DNA from: Octopus bimaculoides
Taxonomy: Eukaryota
Assembly: GCF_001194135.2 (NCBI RefSeq)
Contig: NC_068991.1
Span: 79,010,685-79,074,684 of the forward strand
DNA length: 64,000 bases
Direction: 5' to 3'
Part shown: piece after piece, positions 27,330-40,668 of the stretch
Numbering within the stretch: the first letter of the stretch is position 1
Layout: each line of letters begins with the position of its first letter
Notes under the pieces: model-generated
What the model was told of the DNA's origin: nothing
Databases searched by the model: none
The model's input: the letters and a program-made list of their open reading frames with translations, nothing else
Program-made: the position numbers and the translations under genes

Positions 27330-28020
27330 TATATTCAAAGGCTCCCACCCGATCTGAGCCGTTAGAGACCACCTACTACTTGCACATAAAATATATAAGT
27401 TTGTCCTTTCCCAGATGTTTGGACTTCACTTTACCATCTATAACTGTCCATGCTGTCCATGCTACAATTTAAATTCAAAATTCACTCCAAAATATTGAGA
27501 AGTGCATTTTTAATTTCGAATATCTTGCACAAAATGCATCTCTGATGAGACTATCAGTAATCTTGTATACTCTGAAGCAAAGTGTTATTTCCCAATTTCT
27601 TTCCCAGCTGAATGTATCCGACCAGTAATAAATCATAAAACATATCTCTTTCTCGGGGGTGAGGGTAGTGGTGGTTGAGGGAGATGGTATTTTCCTTCGT
27701 GCACCCCTAATCCTTAACATACACGAGTTGCTTGCCACCTTAAAACTGCCCTGAATCCATGAACAGTTATTTTTAAATATAACTACAACTAGAATGATGT
27801 TAATCTTATCTTTATCAACGAATAGGGCCACAACCAAATATCTAGGATGCAATATTTGAACATCTTAAACATGAACATACAATCAAAATCCTTAATATCG
27901 CTACAAATGTCAAGAGTCACCGTTCCCTAGGGTCTTTCCTAGCAATAGCACATTCTCAACTTCGCAAAAACTGCGTCGCAAAGTTTGGTCTCCCTCTTAA
28001 GACCATGAAAATATTTCAGC
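27330..28020 (-). mobile_element. Heavily decayed RTE-like LINE RT relic
   Basis: Motifs occur in RT order: DAVFAKLRM..ER, DICSDIKDFD (FVD..KAFD-like), GVHEG/IPSP (GVRQG..LSP-like) and DRVGAFEY. There are many stops and frameshifts. Confidence 0.35.
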
Positions 28021-28656
28021 TTCTGCAAATTACAATTCCTATGCAAAGCTCAAGTGAGCCACAACGGGATGTACTGCTACTATATCAAGCATGGTACTAC
28101 ATATGCAGACAGTCTAGACCAAAAAGACTCCCTTATATTATTTGGTATGAATTCGCTCGTTATCAAACTCAGACTCTTATTCTGCCTTTTTACTGATGTT
28201 ATATTGGCCTCTACTTCTCGAAACTTGCATGTTTAGTGTCATTTCGTCCAAAATCACTTATACTGTGCCGCTTCTTTCACCTCAGCCTTAATCCCAATAA
28301 CCCACCCTTCCTTATCAGTATGTCGGTCTTCCATTCCTAAATACGGTTTATTGTTTAGCACCAACCTTACCCTGTTCTAGGGTAAAAGGCATTCTAGAAG
28401 AGATAATTCTTTCTTCATGTTTATTTAGCATTATAGCATCGAATGTATCCTTCATCCGTATATACATGGACTGAATTTGAGGGACGTCAGATACTGTCGA
28501 GCAATTACGTATTTGCCTCATTTTCTTCTCATGTTTTTTGTAACCAAATTGCAACTGAGGCGAACATCAATTATTAGGATTTCTTTTGTCATGGAGTATT
28601 TGCAAAACCCATGGCTGCAACGCATTCCGCAAAGCTAAATCTAACTGCATATATGT

Positions 28657-29026
28657 TCTTTTATTCTTTTATTTGTTTCAGTTATTTCACTGCGGCCATG
28701 CTGGAGCACCGCTTTTAGTCGAACAAATCGACCCCAGGACTTATTCTTTGTAAGACTAGTAATTATTCTATCAGTCTATTTTAACGAACCAGGGACGTAA
28801 ACACATCAATATCTGTTGTCAAGCGATGGTGGTGGGAAGACAAACACAGACACAAACACATACATATATATGTATATATACAACGGGCTTCTTTCAGTTT
28901 CCGTCTACCAAATCCACTTAAAAGGCTTTGGTCTGTCTGGAGTTATAGTAGAAGACACTGGCCCAACGTGACACTCAGTGAGACTGAACCCGGAACCATG
29001 TGGTTGGTAAGCAAGCTACTTACCAC
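28657..29026 (-). mobile_element. Long SINE family B copy (head, internal microsatellite, tail)
   Basis: The head matches 6580-6744, a central (CA)/(TA) tract lies at 28840-28881, and the tail is GGCGGTGCTCCAGCATGGCCGCAGT. Confidence 0.8.
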
Positions 29027-29951
29027 GACCCATGAAATTTAATCTCTCAATACTTGATTGGTACTTTATTTTATAGAACTTGGAAGTAAGAAAGGCAAAG
29101 TTGATCATGATTTGATTAAAACTTAGACCGTATTAAACCGGAACAAAATACTGCAAGCCACTTTGTCCAAAGCTAATGCTTCCGCCAATCAACCGCTGTA
29201 TTCAAGCAGTCAAAGATAGGCAGAGAAGCTCATTTTTATATTAGAAAGAGAATTTGAAATAGGGACACAGTAACAGAAAGCATGTCTCCTTAGGCTGTCT
29301 CCAAACTGTTATGCGCAGTCCAAATCTTTACAAAGATAAACAATCATCTCTTGAGACATTTGCAATTATAATCCCCGTCTTTTGGAATAAGAAGCTTAAA
29401 GTGTTTCTCAGGTATTCTGTGGACTATTGCATTTCTAATATTGAAAGAAACAGAAGCAATCTTTGCAAATGTCAAACAACTTAAAACGATGGCCGACAAG
29501 CAATCGCTCATATAGACAAGCCATTCCCCGCAAGCAATGAACTCTTCAATCATTGTGAAAACAAAGAAGTCATTCAGGATGACATGGACTTGTGTAATTG
29601 TTATTGATAAACCTAATTATTCATTCACAATTCTTTCTTTTGATTCTGTAATCATGAACAGTTTCAACGAATATATAGCATTCCATGGGTAGTTACTCAT
29701 GTGGCCTAAAGCTAATATCAAAAACAATTTACGAAGTCCGATCTTAGTTTAACTAATAATATTTAATTAATCATCGGTGAAGCGCTACACAATCACTCAA
29801 TCTTCTAGATACTGCAGTCAAATCTCTCATAAGTCTCATTCTGCTGAAATACTTGTCAAAGCAGAAATACCCCTGCACTGGGATGTGTCAGTATTATCAC
29901 TGGCATGTGGCAGAAGACAGGCAAAAGTAGGTCTTATATCTTGCATATATG

Positions 29952-29992
<41 letters not shown>

Positions 29993-30191
29993 GCTATATA
30001 CCTTGTCTATTATTATATTTATTCTATGGTGGTTTACTGGGGCTTTAGCTCCTATTTCTAGAAGGCAGGCGCCTTGTGTGCCCTTTTCCTAAATATAAAT
30101 TCTAATTCTATAGCTATCTAACGCTATTTAATGCCTGCAACCACCTATTATTGTTATTATTATCAATTATATATATATACGAATGGTTTTT

Positions 30192-30268
30192 AAGGTGCCA
30201 CGCAGTGGGACTAAACCCGGAACTATGTGGTTGGTGAGAAAGCTACTTACCACACAACCACTCCTGCA

Positions 30269-30272
<4 letters not shown>
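30192..30272 (-). mobile_element. SINE family B head fragment
   Basis: AAGGTGCCACGCAGTGGGACTAAACCCGGAAC...CTACTTACCACAC matches the heads of other family B copies. Confidence 0.75.
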
Positions 30273-30301
<29 letters not shown>

Positions 30302-30922
30302 NNNNNNNNNNNNNNNNNNNNNNNNNNNNNNNNNNNNNNNNNNNNNNNNNNNNNNNNNNNNNNNNNNNNNNNNNNNNNNNNNNNNNNNNNNNNNNNNNNN
30401 CTCAACAATTTCACCAGATCTATGTTTCTCTGTGTGTGTGTGTGTGTGCTTGTGTGTGTGTGTGTGCTTGTGTGTGTGTGCTTGTGTGTTTGTGTGTGTA
30501 TGTGTGTGTACATGCCCATAATTGTAAGTAAATCTATTGCTAACACGTTTCAACATATTAGCAAGTGGATATGCTTCCGATTGTCGATGACTATTGTAAA
30601 TAAAAATGATCATCTTTGATTTGTCTTAAATACTTGGGCATTATCTCTCAATCAGAAGGCACGGTATTCCTGAAAAAATTGGTGTCTGCTACGTTACAAT
30701 GGAATGTGTTGTCAGCACGTGTCAGTAAAGGAGGGGAAGTGTTTTTCAAGATAAGACCCAACAGCGAAAATCATATTCTAAGCTTGCTGGAACGTGCTAA
30801 GAATGGTTACACACATTGATTTCATTTTCACCGTTCTGCGTGCTTATAATAACAACTTCATATATAAATATATGCATACATCCATATATGTATATATATT
30901 TATATATCTGTATGTATATATG

Positions 30923-30929
<7 letters not shown>

Positions 30930-31001
<72 letters not shown>
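30930..31001. repeat. Long (TA)n microsatellite
   Basis: Read directly; one of many (TA)n tracts, most of which border N gaps. Confidence 0.95.
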
Positions 31002-31007
<6 letters not shown>

Positions 31008-32276
31008 GTATACATATGTATATATATATATGTGTGTGCGTGCGTGTGCATTTAGAAGTTTGGGAGCGTGTGGGCGCGTGTGTGAATGGTGCTGTCCATT
31101 GAAACCTGATTTTCTGCAGCAGACTGGCAACAACATTGTGAACGTGAAAATATTTCTAATTACAGTAAATATAGAGTCTCTTAATTCACATTTGTTGCAA
31201 AATATTTTTCACATATTCATTATTAGGGAAACCTATAACATCAGTAAAGATCACTTTCTTTCCAGACGGCACAACGCCCTACTATCTTAGGCGTAGGTTA
31301 TGGAGAGTGAATTAAATGAAATATATTCAACCATAAAGCTTAAAACGTTGCGCTTCACATTTTCAATTGCTATCGTTCTTTCCAAAGGACTAACAGTTGA
31401 CCGAATTCAGAAGCCATATACATAACACAACTATATAGGATTCTGCATAATGAATCTATAGTTTTGATAAATGCTAGCACCGTCTCGTCTTTGTTCAACA
31501 ATGATATTGCAGTGCACTGAAGATTGCTCTGCGTACACAACTGGAAACTAGCATTGACCATTGAATGGGAGGTGCAGCATGCATTATCTGTCTCTTCACC
31601 TCCTTATACATAAATGTATGTATGTATGTATGTATGTATGTATGTATGTCAGCATCCATTTAATGTAGACTGTATTAAAATAAGGGTTACTAGTAGTTTC
31701 TTGCTATTACGAAACGTGGTTTGACAGGTTTTTATAACATGCCTTATATCTTCAAGCAATCTACGTCTCTGAGCACATGATTTGTTCAATTTGAAAATCA
31801 GGACACTGGTGCAAGAAAAACTACGAGATAGAACGAAAAGGTTGGTGGAAGAAGTGGAAAGAGAAGACAAAGATTGAATAAAAACGGAAGAAGAAAGGAA
31901 AGAATAGAAAGAAAATAAGACTTACATGCCTCTGATCACAGAAGTCATAATTAAACTAGTTACTGTAGTTTTTCAACGGAGAAGTGTTCAAAACCACGAG
32001 ACAGCTGCTCAATCCAGAGAGGGCAGAGTCCTTCTGTTCTCCAAAAGAAATTTGTCCATATGCTTTCATTTGCTGAAAATTTAGGTCCTCGAATTCAGTA
32101 ACAATGTTTCAACTGCGCACAAATCGTATTTCAGAAAGCCATTCGCATGCGGCAAAGATCTCTACATGATTCTCCAGTTTGTTGTATTTTGCGTGCAGTT
32201 GGTCTTCAAACCGTATGTGTGGCTAACCAGCTTAGCGGTTTACTTTTGTCGATGTGCCGGAAAGAAGACTGCTATA

Positions 32277-32320
<44 letters not shown>

Positions 32321-32347
32321 NNNNNNNNNNNNNNNNNNNNNNNNNNN

Positions 32348-32389
<42 letters not shown>

Positions 32390-32715
32390 CTATGTGTGTG
32401 GGTGTGTCTGTGGGTGTTTATAAATATGTATATTTATCTATCCAGTCATCGACCTCGTTGAAGAAGTGAAAATAACAGAAGCCGATTATGACGTTGATCA
32501 AGTTTTCAATGCAACCCAAACAATAGGGATGAGATGAAGTTAAATGGCTGCCAAATGATGTCTGTTTACAACAACAACAAAAAACAAAACAAAAAAGACA
32601 GTGCTACTCTATATATATTATTATGCAGGCAACAAATGTGGGACAGATACGAAACTGATTGACATCACAGAAGAAGCGTAATCGAAGAGGAAGATCGTAT
32701 CATAAGCCATTAGCG

Positions 32716-32905
32716 TTTTTTACTCTAGGCACAAAGACTGAAATTTTGGGGTAGGGGGCCAGTTGATTACATCGACCCTAGTACGCAACTGGTACTTAAT
32801 TTATCGACCCCGAAAGGATGAAAGGCAAAGTCGACCTCGGCGGAATTTGAACTCAGGACATAAAGACAGACGAAATACCGCTAAATATTTCGCCTGACGT
32901 GCTAA
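32716..32905 (-). mobile_element. SINE family A, well conserved
   Basis: High similarity to 2886-3097 and 23821-24090. Confidence 0.85.
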
Positions 32906-33983
32906 ATAAGCCATTTGTTTTATGAAGTCAATGAACGTAGGTTGCATACACAAGAACTGAGTGAAAGAAGCTACCACAGAGCCTTTTGTTCATAGGGAGC
33001 TAGCTAAGCTGCAATTCCTGTATGACGTTTCCATTCTAGACCAAAATTTAACGTTACTACTGAAGTGGCTGAGTGGCAACATCGGTTTGGGAATGTCGTA
33101 TACTCTTAGTTAAGAATAAAAACTAAGAAATGATTTAAAAATCAGTCGCTATATCATTATTGACCAAATAAAGCGAAGAGAAAAATATAAATAACAAAAC
33201 GCCCCAGTATGGCCACAACGTATTCTTATTCGTGACATATAGTAAGGTCTCACAACAGAAATATTTTTACTAATACTGCTTCCGTCGCAAATAATGAAAT
33301 ATTAGGCAACCTACCGGTCATTTGAGGGCTTGGAAATGTGTTAGTGACAGATTTTCTATACCTCTGGAGATAATTTAAGTGTGTAGTTGCTTGGTAATAC
33401 TTACTCCTGATAACGCGCAAAGATGCAGAAATCTACCGCTGTTGGTAGAGGCTACTTATTATCACAGACATGGCTTCAAGTTTTGTGACGTAAATCCACT
33501 AGAAGTAATATGTACAAAATGCTGAAATTCCTGTTTTAAATTACAAATTCACCTCTTGGTTTTGAATGTATTTAGAACTCTTCTTTATATATATTCAACC
33601 AAAATAGAAATGTGTAGCATATCATTCTTTTACAGCAAGAGTTGTTTTCAATGGCTATGTATTATGTACCTGGCTAACATGATCTGTGCTTCAATAAGAT
33701 GCTAGATTATACAATTTTGATCTCTAACGTATGTTGTTTTCTCTCATTGATGATATACATCTTAACATTTCATATCATCTGATTCTACAACAAACATTTG
33801 GAATTTGAACTCGTTAATCGCGTCAACAATTGCTACAGAGAAAAAGCAAAATTCTGGTATCGAACGCACAAAGTCTCAAGGGCTAGCAGTTGCAAACAGC
33901 GTCAAAAAATTACAACAAAAAATATATATCTATATACCAAACACACAAGCACACACACACACGCACAAATGATATTTATAGTC

Positions 33984-34026
<43 letters not shown>

Positions 34027-35388
34027 NNNNNNNNNNNNNNNNNNNNNNNNNNNNNNNNNNNNNNNNNNNNNNNNNNNNNNNNNNNNNNNNNNNNNNNNNN
34101 NNNNNNNNNNNNNNNNNNNNNNNNNNNNNNNNNNNNNNNNNNNNNNNNNNNNNNNNNNNNNNNNNNNNNNNNNNNNNNNNNNNNNNNNNNNNNNNNNNNN
34201 NNNNNNNNNNNNNNNNNNNNNNNNNNNNNNNNNNNNNNNNNNNNNNNNNNNNNNNNNNNNNNNNNNNNNNNNNNNNNNNNNNNNNNNNNNNNNNNNNNNN
34301 NNNNNNNNNNNNNNNNNNNNNNNNNNNNNNNNNNNNNNNNNNNNNNNNNNNNNNNNNNNNNNNNNNNNNNNNNNNNNNNNNNNNNNNNNNNNNNNNNNNN
34401 NNNNNNNNNNNNNNNNNNNNNNNNNNNNNNNNNNNNNNNNNNNNNNNNNNNNNNNNNNNNNNNNNNNNNNNNNNNNNNNNNNNNNNNNNNNNNNNNNNNN
34501 NNNNNNNNNNNNNNTTTAGACATTAACAAATTTATTAGAATATTTAGCTGAAGATCAGAATAGAGTATTCTTTACTCTTAACTGTGAAACGATCGTACTA
34601 AATTAACTAAAGGCAAGTGTTTTCTTTTTACTCTTCTCTACTGTTTTTTGTTCTGTGTGTATCAAAAATATCGCTATCAATCTGGAGTAATAATTTGTAG
34701 TTTTGAAATCAGTAGTTCTTTGACTGCTATTTCTGAATTCTCAGTATGTTGGAGAAGCAGGTTACTGTCAATCCCTATATATTTATGATTATAAATGTTT
34801 TTTACCGAAAAGGTTTTTGCATACTGAGCTACCCGGCAAAATTGTTAATTATTAATTTTATTACTAATTGACGATTCCCTGCCCTGCATATCTATATATA
34901 TTTATATATACATATATGAATGTTCAATTTATAAGAAAGATCCAGAGGAACAACTAGAAGATAGCCAGATGTCACATAAGCGTCCTAGGAGTTAATAATG
35001 ACACTTGCGTGGGAGGTAAGTCCGGGGAAAAGCGAGACGTGTTTTGGAAATCATAAGAATAATGGAAAATGAAACCCTTTTATCTTTAAGAATATAGTTG
35101 TTATGCGAGGATATAATCTATAGGAGGTTATTGGTGTTGGAGAAGCCAATTCTGATATGGTGGGCGTTGATTATATCCTCCTTGATGGGAATCATGCATT
35201 GTTCCACATTATTTATCTCAGATTTATTTTAATGCACTTATCGAAACATATGTCGGTGATATGGTGATATAAATGATTTAAGTAACATCTTGAGCGTTTG
35301 TCTCTATTTTCCATTATTCTTATATATATGTAATATTATTATTCATTCAATGCACAAATGACAGTTATTAATATTTAAATAAACTTAC

Positions 35389-36446
35389 CTGGAATGCGTT
35401 CAGTGTCCCGAAATAAATCGGAACAAATGCAAGCCAAATGATGCACGTTGTGTACATTGAAAAACCAATAAATTTTGATTCATTGAAGTTTTCTGGTATG
35501 TTTCTTGTCTTGACAGCGTAAACAGTACATATTATAATGAGAAGCATGTTATATATTAATGAAACTAGGAACGATATATCTCGCGTTTTACATTTGAGTA
35601 TAACTTCATTTCTCTTGTTATAAGGGAAATAATGTCGAGTGCCTGGTGGTTCCAAAACCAGCCATATTACTGTAAAAACAATCTGAATCGATATTAAGAT
35701 ACTAGCTATTGCGATCTGAGATCGTGGACTAATGAATGGGGGACGCCGGGCTGAGCGGCGAGCGTTGTAGAATATTCGAGATATACGGTTAGTCTTAGTT
35801 AGGAGCGCCGAGTAAATTATTGCAAAGCCGAAACCGACTCCGATCCGTTGTACGGAACATATGAACATTGACGGTTTGGCTATAAGTATAAATGACATTA
35901 GATAACAAAACAAACAACCACTGAGAAGCATGTAACTGAGCTCTCGGCCAGATGCCATCACAACTGGCGTGTCGTTGTATCGTACGAAAGTTACCATCAC
36001 AGTAACCGTACCGATGATACCGAGGCACGACAGTGAGAGCGGCACGATGGCGTAGATGCTGTTCCAAGTCATGTGCTGAAGCTCAAGACTAAAGCAACTA
36101 CGCTTAGTGGCGTTGGGCCATCGGCCGAGGCCGCAGTCTCTGCATGAGTATTCATCATACAGATATTCCCAGTCTTCGCACTTGATGCAAATCCAACAAC
36201 AAGTGTCGTGTACCGATTTCACCTCGTCATAATTGCAGGGTCTGCTACATCTGGACATTGGTATTAGGTCTGTTCCCCCGCTCCACGTAATTTCATCCCC
36301 AGTGAGTTCCAAGTGATTTTTGCCCCACGTTCCTACGTGTTTATAAGCATATTGGCCTGTAAGGTTGTCGTATGCGTAGTTGAATATACTGTAGCGGCCA
36401 AGCGCATCACCTTGTTTGTCAAACTGAACTTGGGCGCCGTACCCAT
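35389..36446 (-). CDS. mGluR: mGluR second coding exon: end of flytrap domain, nine-cysteine domain, TM1-TM6 (2 nt + 352 codons)
   Basis: Acceptor TTTGTTCTTTCCAG|AT at 36447/36446; G+AT rebuilds Asp in frame (NTSFY-D-GYGAQVQFDKQGD). Nine Cys are present in the cysteine-rich domain, plus TPVVMASGRELSY, LLTKTNRISRIF and PENFNESKFIGFSMYTTCIIWLAFVPIYFGT. The exon ends at donor CAG|GTAAGT (35389/35388), phase 0. Confidence 0.97.
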
Positions 36447-36498
36447 CTGGAAAGAACAAATGAGAAAGAAAAAAAAAAACAAACAAGCAAAATTAGTA
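36447..36498 (-). promoter_or_regulatory. Branch point and polypyrimidine tract of the exon-2 acceptor
   Basis: TACTAAT (36498-36492, one mismatch from TACTAAC) is followed by a T-rich tract and CAG. Confidence 0.6.
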
Positions 36499-37168
36499 GC
36501 GAAGATTATTATTAATATCTAAAAGGAATAATTTTATAAACGTGATAAATAATCAAATTATCATATACATTTATGTTGTATTGAGAATTGTTTAATAACG
36601 TTTATTTCCCGCCTCTCTTTTACGCTAACGAGGAGAAATATTAATTTAATTCGGATAATAGATTTGAAAGACCTGAATTCTAAAATTATTATCGGTTCTT
36701 AATATCATTATCCCTCAGGGAACATTATTTTCTGAAAGATATACAATAAATATTTATTAAGAAGAAATCATAATTTGAAAAACTATTTCTTGTAAGTAAT
36801 TAATGGAAAACTTTGTGCAATCAGATTAATAGATACATTTTATTGCCTAGACTCCAGTATATTACTGGATAGAGATCTCGAAGACATAAATTCACCGTCA
36901 CTGGATCTTAATCTAAAATAAGCAGGAACAAAACGAAAATTTTATCGAAAGTTTCATTTCACTCACTGTTCGTATATTATTATACCTTTATTTCTTAGTA
37001 TAATGATATTTATTAAAACCGACGGGACCTGCCCTGAGTATATATTTCATTAAATAGGATGGTATAGAATACTAGTATAGAATACATTACAGTAGAATTT
37101 TAAGTTAGGATATAGAAAGCCGAGACTATTCTATTTCGTTTTAGTCTCAGCTTTTTCAGGTGCACAAC

Positions 37169-37225
<57 letters not shown>

Positions 37226-38938
37226 AGTTGTGCACTGGAATTGATGTAGTCACCTAGCACCCTTCCCTTTCTGAGCATGTGCCTACTGCAGAGGATTATT
37301 TTATCTAGGACAGAAAATTCAACATATTATAAAGTGCATCAATATTCAGATATAGGGAAGAAAAAATAGGAATTTGTTTTGTTGTTTGCGTCATTGACCG
37401 TGTGTGCACTTCATTTCGTACATATTGTGAGAGTGTAGACTGGAAGGGGTTAAGACCCTAGCTACTGCTACGTATAAATAGAAAACGTTAACAGCGATGC
37501 TTAATCCCTTCCGTGTCCCGACTGGATATATGTAATAGAATAAATGCATACTTAATATCAACATCTACGCTTTAACTAAAATACACAATAACATCGATGT
37601 GACTTCATTACTTCAATTACTATTGTTATAGTCGTGTTGATATAGTTATTTTGTTATAATGTAATTAGTTAACCTGGTTGCAGTACGGTGTAATTGTATT
37701 TATTTGCACACCTGATCAAGGTTCCAGGCTTTTGTGGTTGGGGTAGTTTAAGAGAATTAGAAACATATTTTTTTATATTATGGGACGAGTATAGTTGTTT
37801 AATCGATTTGGTAGATATAAATTTATAAATCCATATACAATCAGACGATCTGCAAATACTGATTCAAAGAGCTAGGCATCAATTGAGAGCTAAGTGCCCT
37901 TGCCATTTTGAACAGTTGTCATAACTTGACTATAGCCATGAGGCAAAGCTAAAGGGCCATTATTCCCAACAGTTTTAATATCTGCCGAAATCTAAAAACT
38001 ATTGCTGGTGATGTTGTTTGAGAGGAGAAGCTTTTCCTCACCCCTCTCTTTCTTGTTCGTCAAATAAACGCCTTCCAATACAGCTACCAGACAATAAAAT
38101 ACTTTCAAGCTCTTTTCCAATGAAAGGCAAGTGAATCCGGAATCAAATGAGAACTGGATCTATTTCGCGGTCGAGAAATAAAGTACAAAACCTTAGTGGG
38201 ATTGATTCTTCTCTTTCTGTTTGTATTTCTATCTTCTGAAAGACATCGGGCTTGTAACACATCTCGAGGGATGAGCTGTGTATGAGATACATTGCATGTC
38301 ATGAAGGTGTCCCTACGACCCATCGAAAGAGTTAAGGGAGCAACGGAAGCTAATTAATACACTAGGCACGCCCTAATTCTTGGTCAGGAAATAACAATAG
38401 AAAGGACCAAATGACAATTCTAAAGCAGCAACAGAAACAAAATGAACAGCAACAGGGATGAAGTTATGATAGCAGCAGTGTAACTTTTCTATTTGTTTTT
38501 CGACATGCTAAAAATAGCAACCTAATCTCTCGCCAAACAAACATTGTTGTTTAGAACAAGAATCGTCAGAGTGGATAATATTTTCCTAGATACTGTGTCT
38601 GACGGTGGTAAAGCAAAAGATAAAATGGGCACGACTGGATTGACATTGGCCATAAGTTTCATCGATTACTGTTGGCCTGGGGTTAATCAATTACAATGAC
38701 AGTAAAATTTATCAACCAATAAACTGAAACTACAACAAAAAAAAAAAAATCAAACTGATTGGAAGGAAACCAAATACAAACGATGATGATGATGAATCTA
38801 ATATTAATACTGACAAATATTACTAAAAAACGTTTCAATCCACCATGAATAATCACTTTGATTTATCCATAACAACAACCTAATCTATATATGTACACAC
38901 ACACACACGTATATGAATAATTGAATAACCCGAACCCC

Positions 38939-38981
<43 letters not shown>

Positions 38982-39565
38982 TAGAATTCTTTACATCCCA
39001 AATCATCTACAGTGAATTCATCCTATAACAATGCATAAATGCATATGAATAAATTAGTAAAATAACCAAATAAATAAGCATGTAAAAAAATATACGAAAT
39101 GCAAAAAGAGTGGGGGGGGGGATAGACGTATGATGCAAGAGCTAATCTCCGATTCAACAATTCAATCTAATGCCTTGCTTAGTATAAAAGAAGTTACTAT
39201 TATTCTCCAAGTTCAAAGATTAAATATGGCGCTTGTTATGTGTAGCTTAACAATGAATACTTATAGCATTGATTATATCTTAGACTGTTAAAGACCCCAA
39301 CATATATCCTGTTCGTAAGTGTTCACAGAAGAATTCGAAGCTCATCTGATAAGAAGTAGATTTGAAAGATTCCTATGTTTTTGTTTCTTAGAGAACAAAT
39401 ACAAAACGTCAGCAAAATTAAAAATAAAAATATAAAGAAATCTAAGCAGCACAAAACAAACGGAGCCAAAAGGCCAAAAAAAAAAAATAACATTTATCAT
39501 TCATCCAGCTATAAAGACGTGGCGGGTAAAAATGTATTTCTTATTACAGAGAATATATTCTGTTG

Positions 39566-39567
<2 letters not shown>

Positions 39568-39601
<34 letters not shown>

Positions 39602-39756
39602 GTCTATTTATCCACCTTCCTATCTTTCTATGTATTTACCCATCTATCCATCCATCTATCCATCCATCTATTATCCATCCATCCGTCTGTCTCTCTATCT
39701 ATCTATCCGTCAGTCAGTCAGTCTGTCTGTACGTCTGTCTGTCTGTCTATCTATCT
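39568..39756. repeat. Compound (TCTA)/(TCCA)/(TCTG) tetranucleotide array
   Basis: Read directly; it abuts the Tx1 fragment. Confidence 0.9.
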
Positions 39757-39758
39757 AG

Positions 39759-40668
39759 GCCAAGATGTTAGCCGACAGATTGGCGCTTGTCATCGAGAAA
39801 CTAGTCGACAAAGCGCAAAAGTGCGCCGTGCCGGGTAGGAGTGTCTCTGACAACCTACATCTGATACGCTACATCATAGACAGGGTAGTTAACGATCCTG
39901 GCATGAGTGGGGCGCTAATCAATTTGGATCAATCAAAAGCTTTCGATAGGGTAGACCATCACTACTTGGAGGCTGTTCTTAAAGCGGCTGGTTTCGGTTC
40001 CATCTTCCGCGGTTGGAATGCAGCCTTATACGGCAGCATCGCTCGGTAGTTCGCGTAAATGGTCATCTATCCAGACCATTTAACATCATGCGTTCAGTTC
40101 GTCAACGATGCCCCCTCTCGTCGTTTCTGTATGTATTGACTCTTGAGCCACTACTGTGGAAGCTGGCGACGCTGAGGGGCATCGCACGGGAGCTGGGATG
40201 CNNNNNNNNNNNNNNNNNNNNNNNNNNNNNNNNNNNNNNNNNNNNNNNNNNNNNNNNNNNNNNNNNNNGAGTTACAAGCACATCGACCTGGTCGGCGAGA
40301 CACTAAAAGAATACGAAGAGGTAACGGGAGCAAAAACTAACCGGGAAAAATTAGTGGGCTTTCGGCTGGGCACGTGGAGAAGCAAGCCCATGCCGTCCAA
40401 CAGCGTCTCTATCGTAGGATGCTGGACCGACGGACCAGTTAAATTGCTCGGAGTCTGGTTCGATCCGGACCTCCAAATGGAGAAGAACTGGGGCGAAATA
40501 ATGACTAGGGTGGCCACTCTCACCCAGCAATGGGCCGAGAGAAAACTAAACGGTCGGGCGGAGGTAGCGAACGCGTACATCGCATCCGCCATCGAGTACC
40601 GTATGACCGTCGTCCCTTGTCCCGACCCTACCATCACCAAACTGGAACGCATACTCTTCCGCTTCTTA
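39759..40668 (+). mobile_element. Tx1/L1-clade non-LTR retrotransposon reverse transcriptase fragment, truncated at both ends and frameshifted
   Basis: Motifs AKMLADRL, CAVPGRSVSDNLHLIR, ALINLDQSKAFDRVDH, VRVNGHLSRPF..RSVRQRCPLS..LYVLTLEPLL, GAKTN and VKLLGVWF. There is a frameshift near 40045 and an N gap over the YADD region. It lies antisense inside the mGluR intron. Confidence 0.9.

Noticed and set aside
29344-29553. CLSAIVLSCLTFAK...PEKH as the missing TM7 exon
   Set aside because: The spacing is wrong, there is no PK motif and there is no acceptor site.
35368-35388. VSLFKY* as the true C-terminus (6-TM receptor)
   Set aside because: It begins exactly at a consensus donor, and class C GPCRs need TM7.
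35795-36522. Plus-strand ORFs overlapping exon 2 (also 43702-43884, and 40272-40688 on the minus strand)
   Set aside because: Antisense shadows of real coding sequence.
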